A stretch of 63,287 nt of DNA, filler included, from Octopus bimaculoides (lineage: Eukaryota), in assembly GCF_001194135.2 (NCBI RefSeq). It is 6 parts of 5 records of this genome, joined end to end, with 100 filler letters (N's around TTAATTAATTAA, not from the genome) between each part and the next. Parts side by side here need not be neighbours in the genome. Positions count along the whole stretch, not along the records: positions 1 to 26,188 come from NC_068991.1; positions 26,289 to 36,990 come from NC_068991.1; positions 37,091 to 44,261 come from NC_068985.1; 3 more parts are not named here. One strand, given 5' to 3'. The notes under the pieces were generated by a model. That model was given only the letters and a program-made list of their open reading frames with translations. It ran no database searches and had not been told where the DNA came from. Shown piece after piece: positions 25,972 through 38,860 of the stretch (the stretch's first letter is position 1; every line of letters starts with the position of its first letter). Made by a program: the position numbers and the translations under genes.

Positions 25972-26188
25972 ACTGAAATATGTAATGTTGACAGAAAAAT
26001 ACGAAAACTGTTGACAATGCATAGAATGCACCACCCTAAGGCAGATATAGAACGTCTTTATCTGCCAAGAAAAGAGGGAGGTCGAGGACTACTACAGCTG
26101 GCATTATCAATGAAGGTAGCCACAATTGGCCTAGACACCTATATGAAAAACTCTGAGGACTGGATGCTAAAACTTGTCTTAAAATATG
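25972..26188 (+). mobile_element. R4/Dong-like retrotransposon RT C-terminal fragment
   Basis: DRKIRKLLTMHRMHHPKADIERLYLPRKEGGRGL; begins directly after (aat)n; cut by the linker. Confidence 0.8.
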
Positions 26189-26288
26189 NNNNNNNNNNNN
26201 NNNNNNNNNNNNNNNNNNNNNNNNNNNNNNNNTTAATTAATTAANNNNNNNNNNNNNNNNNNNNNNNNNNNNNNNNNNNNNNNNNNNN
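26189..26288. other. Artificial scaffold linker N44-TTAATTAATTAA-N44 (also 36991-37090, 44262-44361, 50680-50779, 55357-55456)
   Basis: Identical 100-bp construct five times; stops in all six frames. Confidence 0.95.
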
Positions 26289-26536
26289 TATATATATATA
26301 TACATATATATATATACATACATATATTTATATATATATGTATGTATGTGTATGTATACTTATATATATATGTGTGTGTGTGTGTGTTTGTATGTATGTA
26401 TAAATATATACATATGTGTATATATACATACATACATACATACGTACACATGTGTATGATGTATGTATTGCAATTCCGGTGACTATGCTACAGAATACAT
26501 GGCGGAATTGCAGAGTGCCTGATATTCGCTCTGTTT

Positions 26537-26644
26537 CTTTCTCTCTCCTTGTCTTTCTCTCTCCTTGTCTTTCTCTCTCCTTGTCTTTCTCTCTCCTTGT
26601 CTTTCTCTCTCCTTGTCTTTCTCTCTCCTTGTCTTTCTCTCTCC
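26537..26644. repeat. 16-bp minisatellite (ctttctctctccttgt), 6 full units plus a partial
   Basis: Perfect tandem units. Confidence 0.9.
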
Positions 26645-27193
26645 ACCCTCTGCCATTGTCTGTCTCCTCCTTCTCACTCTCTCTCTCTATCCTTGTGAAT
26701 CTCTCTGTCTGTCGGTCTGTCTGTCTGTCTGTCTCTCTCTTAAATTAGCAAGGAAAAATATAAATAAAAGCAAGATGCATTGTATCTAAACTTATTTGGC
26801 GGCATCTCTGCCATCTCAAATGAGATATGATAAGTAAGTTTCAATGCTGTTCTTCAATTTGGCTAAATGTAAAATTTGAAGCATTACATACTTGTCTGAA
26901 ATTGATGACTTCGCTTGGATATTTGTGGCATTTGCATATCGGGGAAAGGTGAAGAAGTGGCTGGTACTTGATAAATGAGGACATTGAAGGTGAATAAAGA
27001 CAGGAATGAGGAGAGAGAGAGAGAGAGAGGGAGTTGTAGAAAGTGTGGGTGTGAAAGAGAGGAAGAACTGGAGAGAAAAAGTGACAAACAAGAGGATTTG
27101 GTGGTATTTTGACTAGTTTCCCGCCAAAACCTGTAAACCCAGAAAAATATATCGGTCATAAAAACCACACCCTTCCTACTGATGAGTTCATCA

Positions 27194-27231
<38 letters not shown>

Positions 27232-27329
27232 TTGTGCGTGTGTACATGCATGTTTGTCTAAGGTATATATGTGTGTTTGTGAGTGTGTATGCTTGTATTT
27301 ATATATATATGTATATATACATATACATG

Positions 27330-27412
<83 letters not shown>

Positions 27413-27499
27413 ATATATACATATATATTTGTGTAATATGTGTGTATATGTGAATATATATGCACGTATAAATGCATACATATACAAATGAGTATACAC

Positions 27500-27650
27500 T
27501 GGTTTCAAATTTTGGCACAAGGCCAGCAATTTTCGATGGAGTGGTTAAGTTGATTAAATCGATGCTAGTTCTTAATTGGTACTTATTTTATTAACCCCGA
27601 AAGGGTGAGGGGCAAAGTCGACCTCAGAACATAAACATTGACAAAATTAC
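27500..27650 (-). mobile_element. SINE S3 3' part
   Basis: ggtttcaaattttggcacaaggccagcaatt...ggcaaagtcgacctc. Confidence 0.7.
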
Positions 27651-27695
27651 ACTAATAATTTTTCACAGTGTGTATATATACTATATATATGTGTT

Positions 27696-27737
<42 letters not shown>

Positions 27738-27829
27738 TCTCTCTCTTTCTATATATAATGATGATATATACCAATATATCTGGTGCTTTGCTGTACTCCA
27801 GAAGACCTTTCCTCCACATCAGAAGTGTT

Positions 27830-28105
27830 AATACCACTCCACCTGATGAAGAGGGCTGGCCTGCAAGAGCCCCGTGCCAGTGCCATATAAAAAGCACCCG
27901 TGCTGGTGCCATGTGACAGTGCTCATGATTGTGCCACATTAAAAGCATCCAGCGCATACTGTAAAATGGTTGGTGTCAGGAAGGACATCAGCCGTAGAAA
28001 CCAAGCCAAATCAGACTGGAACATGGTGCAGCTCCCCTGCTTGCCAGTGCTGGTCGAGCCATCCAACCCATGCCAGCATGGAAAACAGACATTAAATGAT
28101 GTAGG
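27830..28105 (+). mobile_element. SINE/RTE-type 3' tail repeat
   Basis: gtgccatataaaaagcaccc...gttggtgtcaggaaggacatc.gccgtagaaacc...catgccagcatggaaaacagacattaaatgat; homologue at 35600-35820. Confidence 0.65.
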
Positions 28106-28728
28106 TATATATGTATGTATGAATGTATACGTGTGTTAGCATGTGTATTTGTATTATGTAATATATAAGTCTATAAGTCAATTGTGAAGTTTAATAAAAC
28201 TCTCATTTCTTCATTTCTGCCAATGGTTCTGACAGACAATGAATTGCATCCATTATGTGGTATTTACTTATTACATTACTACATCAATGATATCGTATAT
28301 GTACTCAAGCTCTTCGATGGTAGTCAGTCCATCCGCATCACGGATACTGACTCATTCTGCTGTGCAGCCTCTGTTTCTTTGCTTTAGTAATACGTTAGCT
28401 TAGTTCTAAATATTGATTCCAGAGTATCAATTTTTATATCAGTTGATTCCTATTGGAAATAATTTTCTGTTCTTCATTGATTACTAGTTTATTCTTGTTC
28501 ATAATAAAAGGTGAAAGCACTGCTGTATGGTTAACAAGTTTGCTTCACAATTAAATGGTTCTGGGTTTAAGCCAAGTGAATGGCAGCTGGAGGAAATAAA
28601 TATGTTTGTTCTACAATAGCTTCAGGCAACCAAAGCTGTTTAAGTAAAACTGGATGGACAGAAAATGGAAGAGAAGCCCGTTAGAATGTATGTATGATAG
28701 TCACATCTAAATCCATCTTCCAGGTTAA

Positions 28729-28915
28729 CTCTTTAGTGTTTAAACCAATACTATCTGGCCCAAGTATTTTACTTGTTTTATATTCAGATCTGGCCTTTCA
28801 CACCTACCCTACTATGTCATTCTTTAAATAACAATCATATCATCAAAATCTGAAAGCCACAAGATAATTCTTGATTAATTTAAAACAATGTGAATAAACA
28901 AGCATTACATTTGAC
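28729..28915. mobile_element. piggyBac-like MITE, truncated
   Basis: Starts after TTAA with ctctttagtgtttaaacc; family assignment recalled, other end missing. Confidence 0.4.
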
Positions 28916-28924
28916 ACATTTGAG

Positions 28925-29100
28925 GTGAAGGTGCATGGCTCAATGGTTAAAGCATTGGGCTCACACCTACAAAGTAATGAGTTCGATTCCCAGACCAGGC
29001 TGTATGTTGTGTTCGTGAGCAAAACACTTTATTTGAAATTGCTCCAGTTTACTCAGCTGTAGAAAAGAGTTGTGATGTCACTGGTGTATTGGCCATTGCC
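28925..29100 (+). mobile_element. tRNA-headed SINE S4
   Basis: A-box-like tggctcaatgg, B-box gagttcgattccc, then gagcaaaacactttattt...gctccagtttactcagctg. Confidence 0.7.
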
Positions 29101-29142
29101 ACAAACTTTTTAAACACACAGCCAGCCCCCACCAACACACAC

Positions 29143-29186
<44 letters not shown>

Positions 29187-29892
29187 ATATAGATATAAGT
29201 ATATGTGTGTATATATATGGTTAGACCTTTTGTCCAGCATTCTAACAATTCTGCCAATCTACCGAACTGACCTCAAAATTATAATTATATTAAGGACAAC
29301 ATTTCTAAACTAAAAAATTTAAAAACAAATTGGGGGGAGCGGTAAACTAGTTTTTGGTGAAATTCCAAAAAGTTGTCGAATTGGTAAAAAAAAAAAAACT
29401 GACAAAGAAATTTATATAAATAAACAAAATAAAATACACTTAAAGCAGCAAAGATATTTAAGGAACTCAAAAGGGATGTAAAAATGCCAAATGTATAGTC
29501 ACATCAATGTAATTAATATGATTGATAACACTACTGAAGTTATTTAGCTCTAAGTTATCTCTGCATGGACAGACCAGTCATGATAGATCAATGGACAGAT
29601 CAATACATTCCGGTCATGACCAATCCATCTTGTTTTTAAAACTGTACATCAGAGATTACAAAAAATCAATTAAAGGTTACCATAATACCATTTTGTTAGA
29701 CGGTAGTTATATGACTTAAGTGTGATTTGACTGCTATTTCTAGCTAGCTTGTTGAACAATCCTAGTGAGGATCTCATCAGGCATGACTACATGTCTAAGA
29801 AATTTCCCGGAAATTTCTCCTTGCAGCCATATGGTTCTGAATCAGTTGCCATTGAATGGTGCCTTCGTCAAGTATTTTGCAGCAAGTATTTT

Positions 29893-30090
29893 GACTGGCC
29901 TTCGTAGGATTTTCGAGCGAGATCGTTGCCAGTGTCCCTAGACTGGCTCTTGTGCGGGTGGCACATAAAATACACCATTTTGAGCGTGACCATTGCCAGT
30001 ACCGCCTGACTGGCCTTCGTAGGATTTTTGAGCAAGATCGTTGCTAGTGCCCCTGGACTGGCTCTTGTGCGGGTGGCACATAAAATACAC
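29893..30090. repeat. 115-bp satellite, 1.7 units running into a gap
   Basis: gactggccttcgtaggatttt starts at 29893 and 30008. Confidence 0.85.
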
Positions 30091-30869
30091 NNNNNNNNNN
30101 NNNNNNNNNNNNNNNNNNNNNNNNNNNNNNNNNNNNNNNNNNNNNNNNNNNNNNNNNNNNNNNNNNNNNNNNNNNNNNNNNNNNNNNNNNNNNNNNNNNN
30201 NNNNNNNNNNNNNNNNNNNNNNNNNNNNNNNNNNNNNNNNNNNNNNNNNNNNNNNNNNNNNNNNNNNNNNNNNNNNNNNNNNNNNNNNNNNNNNNNNNNN
30301 NNNNNNNNNNNNNNNNNNNNNNNNNNNNNNNNNNNNNNNNNNNNNNNNNNNNNNNNNNNNNNNNNNNNNNNNNNNNNNNNNNNNNNNNNNNNNNNNNNNN
30401 NNNNNNNNNNNNNNNNNNNNNNNNNNNNNNNNNNNNNNNNNNNNNNNNNNNNNNNNNNNNNNNNNNNNNNNNNNNNNNNNNNNNNNNNNNNNNNNNNNNN
30501 NNNNNNNNNNNNNNNNNNNNNNNNNNNNNNNNNNNNNNNNNNNNNNNNNNNNNNNNNNNNNNNNNNNNNNNNNNNNNNNNNNNNNNNNNNNNNNNNNNNN
30601 NNNNNNNNNNNNNNNNNNNNNNNNNNNNNNNNNNNNNNNNNNNNNNNNNNNNNNNNNNNNNNNNNNNNNNNNNNNNNNNGGTGGTGGTGGAGGTGGTTTT
30701 GTAGAATATACTTAGCAAATATTGATCTACAAGATATTTATAATCACCTATATCTGGTAAACACCTGTAAAACATTGATTAAGTATGTCGATCATTTATG
30801 TGTGTGCACGCACGTGTGTATGTATGTGTGTATATATGTGTACACACACACATATACATATTGAGTCTG

Positions 30870-31020
30870 AAAGGCATATGGTCAAATGGTTAGAGTTGAG
30901 CTCACAATCATAATGTCGTGGTATGGGTTAAATTCCCAGGTCAAGCAGTAGACTATGTCCTTGAACAAGATCTCTCAGTTCATGTTGTTCGATTCTACTC
31001 ACATGCAAATTGGTACCAAC
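30870..31020 (+). mobile_element. tRNA-headed SINE S4, degraded
   Basis: gaaaggcatatggtcaaatggttagag...ccttgaacaaga... Confidence 0.5.
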
Positions 31021-31323
31021 CTAGTGCTGGTATAGCTTTCTTTCTTTCTATCTGTGACATCCTTGATGCTCCACCGGGTCAAGGATTCAAGTTGCCAAGT
31101 TATATTTGCTTGCAATTGATGGCTATGCCTTTCACCACACTCACATGCACAAATACACACACACATATATATACAACATATATATACAACTTCATTAGCT
31201 TACCGATGTTTCTGCTACAAGATGCAGTGCACTCAGAGCTGAGAGCTTGAGAGCTTATAGCTTCTTAAGAGCTTCTAATTTAAAGGGCAAATTTATTTGG
31301 GATGACACTTAGGTATATCAAAA

Positions 31324-31361
<38 letters not shown>

Positions 31362-32643
31362 TTATTTATATATATATNNNNNNNNNNNNNNNNNNNNNNN
31401 NNNNNNNNNNNNNNNNNNNNNNNNNNNNNNNNNNNNNNNNNNNNNNNNNNNNNNNNNNNNNNNNNNNNNNNNNNNNNNNNNNNNNNNNNNNNNNNNNNNN
31501 NNNNNNNNNNNNNNNNNNNNNNNNNNNNNNNNNNNNNNNNNNNNNNNNNNNNNNNNNNNNNNNNNNNNNNNNNNNNNNNNNNNNNNNNNNNNNNNNNNNN
31601 NNNNNNNNNNNNNNNNNNNNNNNNNNNNNNNNNNNNNNNNNNNNNNNNNNNNNNNNNNNNNNNNNNNNNNNNNNNNNNNNNNNNNNNNNNNNNNNNNNNN
31701 NNNNNNNNNNNNNNNNNNNNNNNNNNNNNNNNNNNNNNNNNNNNNNNNNNNNNNNNNNNNNNNNNNNNNNNNNNNNNNNNNNNNNNNNNNNNNNNTATAT
31801 ATATGGATATATATTTTATAATGGTCCAAGGAACTCAGCAGTTACTATGTTTACTATGTATGGGAAAATGAAAACCAATTGTTTTTCTCCTCTTTTTATT
31901 GCTTAGTCAGGGGTAAAGGTAATGCTCATAATTCATTGCAGAGCCCCTGAAGTCAGTAGGAGGTTGGAAATTATAGTTATAGTAGAGACCTGACTGAAAT
32001 GATTGCAAAAGAATTGATTACTCTAAAAAGCACCCAAGAAACAAACATGTGGTAGTGCCACACTAAGCAATAGATTAAATATACCAACCAAGAAATAAAG
32101 GAACACCTAAATAAACAGGCATATACAATTGGCTTCAGCACAGTTTTCATTTGCCAAATTATGCTCATAAGGCATTGATTAATTTGAGGCTGCAATAAAA
32201 GACACTGGCTGTATTGTAGGATTGTGTATAGAACCACGTGGCTGTATAGTTGAGTTTAGTTAAGCATATAACCATGCCTATTCCGCATAAATCAAGATAA
32301 TATCTGATAAGAACAAGCCAATGCATTAACTACTGACTTAACAATTGATACAAGAAAAAAAAAATCAATTCTTTGATTGCTAAAATGTTTAAATATGTGT
32401 TGGCTAAAGGAAAAATGCGACAAATTTTGTATAGACTGCTACTGATTTCCTATCGTTAAACAGGTAGATGAAAGACACTTTATCAATAGAACACTAATCT
32501 ACTTGAAAATGTTAATATTCTCCAGTAGTGAAGCAAAGTTAAATTTACTGCATTCTGACAAAACATTCCAAATTATATAAACCTAAATCTACAATACTTC
32601 TTTAGTATAATTACTTGTGTAATTGTGTTTATCTTTCCGTCAG

Positions 32644-32876
32644 GGGAGAGGGTAGATTCCATGATTCTGTTTGGGGGAGAGGGAGGATGGATGGTATTCC
32701 TCAAACTGGAGACATTGTCTGAATGGTTGTTAAAAAGCCAGGCTCACTGAAGGTCCCCAAGGCTCAAGGTGACGGTGTTAAACCAGATGACAGATTAAGT
32801 CTATCACCCAAGCAGGATATGGCTGAATTTGAAGAGCGAGCACAAGTACCACGAGACATCTTCTCCAACATTTTTG
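32644..32876 (+). other. Candidate exon with a single in-frame TGA (or retroelement 5' fragment)
   Basis: Acceptor atctttccgtcag, donor TTG|gttagt; GEGRFHDSVWGRGRMDGIPQTGDIV*MVVKKPGSLKVPKAQGDGVKPDDRLSLSPKQDMAEFEERAQVPRDIFSNIF. Confidence 0.25.
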
Positions 32877-32984
32877 GTTAGTTCACATCACTCCATAATG
32901 CGCATAGGGCTGGTTTCCTGTTTTTTCTGGTGTATACATTGCCCCCTGGATGGGACATCATACATACATACATACATACATACA

Positions 32985-33140
32985 TCCGACTCTTTTGGTT
33001 TCCGTCAGCCAGATTCACTCACAAAGCTTTGGTCTGCTTGGGGCTTGAGTAGAAAACACTTGCACAAGGTAGCATGCAGGGAGACTGAACTCAGAACCAT
33101 ATGATTGTGAAGTAAACTTCTTACCGCACAGCCATGCCTA
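32985..33140 (-). mobile_element. SINE S1/2 head half
   Basis: Homologous to 4090-4255. Confidence 0.7.
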
Positions 33141-33713
33141 ATGAATTTTTTTTTTTTTGTATTTATAGCTTATAATCTACATCTTTTTTCTATTTTCTAC
33201 CTAAACTTCCTAATTTCATCAATTGAAGATCATAAATTTATGTCTGCATACATGTTATGAAACATAGATAAATATAATTGCTTTTAATTACACACACACC
33301 TCCATACATAAAAACACACACACACACACACATACTCACACGGAAATACGTAAACAAATCAACCTAGAGCTTAAGTTAAAGATGATGCACCACTGCATAA
33401 ATTGCTATGAAGCAGGCCAGTAGATAAAGTTTACTTTCTCCCTATACACCATATATCTGTATACGTTTGCGTGTGTGTGTATGTGTGTGTGTGTGTATCT
33501 GCACATACACCACATACACACTCACATTCATATTTGTGTTCATACAAATAGATACATAAATACACACACACACGTATATTCATATAAGAATAAACACACC
33601 CACACACCATATATATACATACATATATATGTATCTTTCTATCTCTCTCCCTCTCTCTGTCTCTCTCTTTCCTTCGTCCTTTGTCTATCTATCTATCTAT
33701 CTATCTATCTGTC

Positions 33714-33748
<35 letters not shown>

Positions 33749-34487
33749 TAATAATAATAATAATAATGATGATGATGATGATGATGATAATAATAATAAT
33801 AATAATAATGATAAGAGGAGGATATTTCTAGAACCAGAAGAACCTTCCAGAAATTATCTCTTTTATAGATATTTTGTTCTGCTCTGCAGCTGTGATTCCG
33901 GTAGTGTGTTTACAAATGATTGTATCTATCAAACTATTGATCTACATTCAAGTCTGGCAGACTTTGACTCTACTAACCTAATAATGGGAAGACATTGACT
34001 TTTCTCAATCAATCTCTTATGACATTTTTCTTTCTTTTACAATGTTCTTCATGCTGCATCCATTGTTTGTAGTTGTAGTGGTGAAGTGTTTGTGGTCTAT
34101 CTTTTATACTATTTGATTTGTATGTGTGTGTGTCTGTATCAATATACAGACATACATGTATATATATATATATNNNNNNNNNNNNNNNNNNNNNNNNNNN
34201 NNNNNNNNNNNNNNNNNNNNNNNNNNNNNNNNNNNNNNNNNNNNNNNNNNNNNNNNNNNNNNNNNNNNNNNNNNNNNNNNNNNNNNNNNNNNNNNNNNNN
34301 NNNNNNNNNNNNTATATATATGGATTTTCATTGATGAGTTCATGAACCTTGGTTCTTTTCCTTAAAACTATATATTTATATTTTATACTGTGAAACTTAA
34401 TTTAATTTTAATTTTTAATAAATTGAAGTTAATTGAGTTTTTACCTTTATATTTGGATTTTTATCCCTAATATTATTGCTATATGTT

Positions 34488-34520
<33 letters not shown>

Positions 34521-34689
34521 ATTTGGGGATGGTCATATATATATCATATAGTTATGCTACGTGATTGTGAAACTTAGGCTGTGAATGCAAAGGACTTTCA
34601 GAAACTAGAAAGAAAAGAAACTAGCATGCTCTGATAGATGTGCAGTGACAATGTGCAAGTACAAATGTTATGTTCTGAAAGAAAAATTG

Positions 34690-34935
34690 GGTATAAGGGG
34701 CCGGGTGTGGTCTGCAGGAGAGAAGATTGTTCAGGTGTGGTCATGTGATGTGGATGGATGAGGACTGCTGTATAAAGAAGTGCCAGTTGCTAAACAAGGA
34801 AGGTATTGAAGAAGAAGAGTTAAGAAGACGTGGAATGAAGTGGTGAAGACTGACCTCAAGATGTCGAGCCTTTCGGATGGAGAACTGAGTTGAATAGCAA
34901 TACGCTGTGCTTGAAAAGACCCATCCATCTCAGCA
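34690..34935 (+). mobile_element. RTE LINE 3' end, degraded
   Basis: LQERRLFRCGHVMWMDEDCCIKKC...KKTWNEVVKTDLK, an RRLRW.GHV.RM / KTW.E.VK.DL RTE C-terminus. Confidence 0.75.
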
Positions 34936-35044
34936 GAATTGAGGTCCTGTCAAGCCTTCCCCAACAACTCATTTTCTAATAATCATTCTTCCATCAGTCT
35001 TTTGTGTTACCCTATTTCCTTCCTTCGCTTCCCCCTCCAGTGAA

Positions 35045-35260
35045 TTGTTGCAGTGCATGGCTTGATGGTTAGGGTATTGGACTCATGATCATAAGATTGT
35101 GGTTTCAGTTTCTGGACTTGGCGACGTGTTGTGTTCTTGAGCAAAACACTTTATTTCACATTGCTCCAGTTCACTCGGCTGGCAAAAATGAATAACCCTG
35201 CAATGGACTGGTGTCCCATCCAGGTGGAGAATATATACACCATGAAACTGAGAAACCTTA
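35045..35260 (+). mobile_element. tRNA-headed SINE S4
   Basis: gcatggcttgatggttaggg...ttgagcaaaacactttatttcac...ccctgcaatggactggtgtcccatccagg. Confidence 0.75.
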
Positions 35261-35599
35261 TGAGGTAACTTTTTCCTTTACCTCCATTGTACTTATATTC
35301 TCTACATTGAACTCATTCCCTATATCTAATCAGTTGTCACACCATCCTCACTCTGTGCATTTATCTACACACCCATCTTTTTCTGATCTTCTATTCTATT
35401 CTCTCTCTCCCATATTCACCTTGTACTTTGATATTACATCTTTCTCTCTCTCTCCCTCTTTCTCGCTGCTTTTCTCTCCCCTCTCTCTCTCTCTTTCCTG
35501 GCAATCAAGCCATGTGTTCGCACCTCTTCAACGTGACCACTGTTCCCATCCCTCAGTCTCCAGTTCTTATCCCTCGTTTTTATACCCCACTCAGTTGAG

Positions 35600-35820
35600 G
35601 GATCTTGTCTTGTGGGGTGCTTGGTAACCCCACCAGTGTTGGTGCCATGAAAAAAAAGTACCCAGTACACTCTGTAAAGTGGTTGGCATTAGGAAGGAAA
35701 TCCAACTGCAGAAACCGTGCCAAAATAGACATTTGAACTTGGAATGGCTCTCTAGTTCATGTGTTCATAATGAACCATCCAAACTATGCCAGTATGGAAA
35801 ATGGACATTAAATGATATTT
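35600..35820 (+). mobile_element. SINE/RTE-type 3' tail repeat
   Basis: Homologous to 27890-28105. Confidence 0.6.
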
Positions 35821-37090
35821 ATCTATGCATCAATATCATCGGTATAAAAGTATCTGCGTGCTTGTGTGCATCTGCATATATGTGCATGATAGTATGTTTA
35901 CATACATACACACACATACACACATGTATACACACACCTATATATTTAAACATATATATCTACTTACTCACACATATTTAAGTACATATGAATGAATATG
36001 CACATGCGTGTGTGTATGTGTGTATGCATAGATGTATACATGTGTGAATGTATGTGTGTGCATATGTATGTATGACAAAAAGTAGTGTCATAATCACAAT
36101 ATTTTAGGAAATGTTGACTTATTTAAGAGCACAGAACATGACACATTTATAGATTGTGTAGTAAATGAAATAACATGCTCAGCATGACTTTTTTTTCTCT
36201 CCATAACATTGAAACAACTAATTGAAGTGTTTTAACTTCCGCCATAAATGCAAAATGTACCACTAAATAAAAAAAAAAAAATTTTTGTTGCTAGGAATGT
36301 TCCATGTTATTGGTGTTTTAGTCCCCAGGGCAGCTCCTGACAAGAACACCTATAATCAAAAGATTTCCAAATGTGACCATTCTTCTCTCTGTTTTCCAAA
36401 TGAGTCTTTTGTATTTTAAGGATACAAGAATTGAGATTTGGGGAAATTTGACAGCTATTTCTAGCAGTTTCAACTTCCATGTAAGAGGTGGGGGGGGGGT
36501 TCCTTACTGGCTCTTATTCGGTATGTGGGTGTTGGTGTTTTTCTCTCTTCTATCACAATTTGTGAACAATAACATCATTAGTTACAGGTTCCCAATGGAT
36601 CAATCATTCATTTGCTGTATTCCTGACAGTGACAATGACAAAAGAGTGTCTAAACTCAATGCAAGAGACTTCATTCATAAAAGCAAGTATGCCTTGTATT
36701 TGAAGTTTTCTTGCCAATGTTTAATATCCTTGTTACACATAAATGCTTACACACATAGAGCACATCCACACACACACAAACATACATACATATTTACATA
36801 CATATGTATGTGTATATGTATAAGTATAATATATATATATATGTATGTGTATATGTATATATACTCTAAACATCAAAAACTCTCTCTTTTTACTGAGAAT
36901 CAGACTAATATATTACTTGTACACGCCCTCTTGTTGCCTGTTATAGTTAATTTTATTGTTCATATACTGGAATTGACTATATATATATATNNNNNNNNNN
37001 NNNNNNNNNNNNNNNNNNNNNNNNNNNNNNNNNNTTAATTAATTAANNNNNNNNNNNNNNNNNNNNNNNNNNNNNNNNNNNNNNNNNNNN

Positions 37091-37435
37091 AGGTGCCCTG
37101 GGAATGACAGCGAAACGGGCTGATTACTACCTAGCTCAGATACCAGGAAACCCCAAAATGGCTGAAGTTAAAAAGATAGTGCTCATGGGAACTGCCCATA
37201 TCCTACGTAAAATACTGTCTATGTGATTTCAAATTTTAAAGCAAACACATAACTTTCTTATGGTTTCTTAAACATTCACTTGAACAAAACTGTACAAATC
37301 CAAATATATGGTACCCTAGGCATAACACCTACATGAACTTCTAACTTGTTGTCTCTTGAGGTCTCTGGGTGAGACTTGGATCCAACTTGTACAAATGCAA
37401 AACAAAAGTCAAACATAAAAGAATAATAATAACAA
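37091..37435 (+). mobile_element. R4/Dong-like family 1 3' end
   Basis: GALGMTAKRADYYLAQIPGNPKMAEVKKIVLMGTAHILRKILSM*, full 3'UTR, ends aataataataac. Confidence 0.85.
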
Positions 37436-37660
37436 GGCGGTGAGGTGGCAGAAACGTTAGCACGAGGGGCGAAATGCTTAGCAGTCTTTCGTCGACCATT
37501 ACGTTCTGAGTTCAAATGCCGCCGAGGTCGAATTCGCCTTTCATTCTTTCGGGAGTTGATTAAACAAGTACCAGTTACGCCCTGGTATCGATGTAATCAA
37601 CTTAATCCCTTTGTATGTCCTTGTTTGCCTCCTCTGTGTTTAGCCAACTACGGGCAATAA
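37436..37660 (+). mobile_element. SINE S3
   Basis: ggcggtgaggtggcagaaacgttagcacg...acgttctgagttcaaatgccgccgaggtcga. Confidence 0.8.
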
Positions 37661-37684
37661 ATAAATAAATAAATAATAATAATA

Positions 37685-38235
37685 TGCCATCATGCCGTAC
37701 CAGACAGTGGCTCTCATGGCTTTTGATCTTAACTGATTGGAAGTGTTATCATGTGCATTGTTTGCCTTGGTTTAAAAGATGGACTATAGTAAATATTCAT
37801 CTTAGTACCACAGATTCACGTTTCACTTGTTTCATCTTAACCAGTTGAGCCTGTCCCTTGGTGGCTGACGGTATGTGCATCTCTGAACACGACCAGAAAG
37901 TAGTGAGAGAACATCATAACCATAGGAATTCTTTGGGGTTTGGATGATTCAACTTTGGAAACCTGTGTGTTTCGTTCAACATCCTTAAACAACACTTATT
38001 CAGGAACATTTTGAGCGGGATAGGTTACTCGACCTGAAACAAATTCTAACTGGGCCACACATGCAAGGTCATGTACAGTATATCTTTATATGAGATCACC
38101 ATTTAGTGCCCATATGGTTGTGTTGTATGTGCCTCGTGTGTCCTTATCAGACAGGTAGACATGATGGGTGTACTGGCCTTTGTATATGTTACCCCAATGT
38201 CACTTAGATGTCATGCACTGCTCTCTCACTCAATA
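37685..38235. repeat. Unclassified repeat flanked by (aat) tracts
   Basis: Complex ~550 bp starting after aataataat and ending ctctcactcaataat; recalled as repetitive, single copy here. Confidence 0.3.
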
Positions 38236-38499
38236 ATATTAATAAATGATATTGATAATAACTGGAGTTTGAATAATTCACCTCTGGAAACATGGACGTT
38301 TCCTTCAACATCCTGTTGGGGACAGCCAGAGATATGAGATTTGTATTTGGATATCGAATAAGATAATTAACAACCAAGTATCAACGATTAAAATGTGTGG
38401 TAAGAGACCCTGTGAGACATACTGGAGCAGGTTGCTCGCCACTCTGACAGAATCTACCGAAACAAACAAGACCGAACGTTCTGAGAAGTAAACCGATAA

Positions 38500-38655
38500 T
38501 AATAAGAAGAATCTTGACAGAAAATACGAAGCTGTTGAAAATGCATAAGATGTACAACGCTAAGGTAGATATAGAACGAATTTACCTACCATCTGTGGAT
38601 GGCATATGGACTTTATCAACTGGGATAAACAATGACGATTGCCACAATTGGCTTA
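38500..38655 (+). mobile_element. R4/Dong-like RT fragment, degraded
   Basis: gacagaaaatacgaagctgttgaaaatgcata...gatatagaacg homologous to 25990-26140. Confidence 0.65.
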
Positions 38656-38860
38656 AACACCTACCTGTAAAACGTCTTGCAGATGTGTAAGAGGTGAAGC
38701 GATAACAAACGGTGAAGTTAAAAGGCATCACTTCGTAAGAGATGCGCAGTACTTTGAACAGTGGAAAACGAGTCTGGACCAGTGCATTGCTATAAATGGA
38801 GAATAATTTGAAGGGAATGGATTTGAAAGCATGTGAATTAAATAATATTACAATATTTCT
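38655..38860 (+). mobile_element. mariner 3' fragment
   Basis: aaacgtcttgcagatgtg...aaaggcatcacttcg...gaacagtggaaaa...gcattgc...aatggagaata homologous to 3603-3790. Confidence 0.75.

Noticed and set aside
25855-26244. 129-aa ORF as a host gene
   Set aside because: It is microsatellite plus an R4/Dong RT fragment plus linker
27843-27849. Isolated CTGATGA motifs (also 16513 and 27179)
   Set aside because: No paired helix II followed by GAAA
28265-28335. EF-hand-like peptide RDADGLTTIEELEYIYDIIDV on the minus strand
   Set aside because: In-frame stop just upstream, purine-rich acceptor and an incomplete loop pattern
36588-36686. 99-nt exon candidate with two open frames
   Set aside because: Moderate splice sites, no recognisable peptide and no supported partner exon
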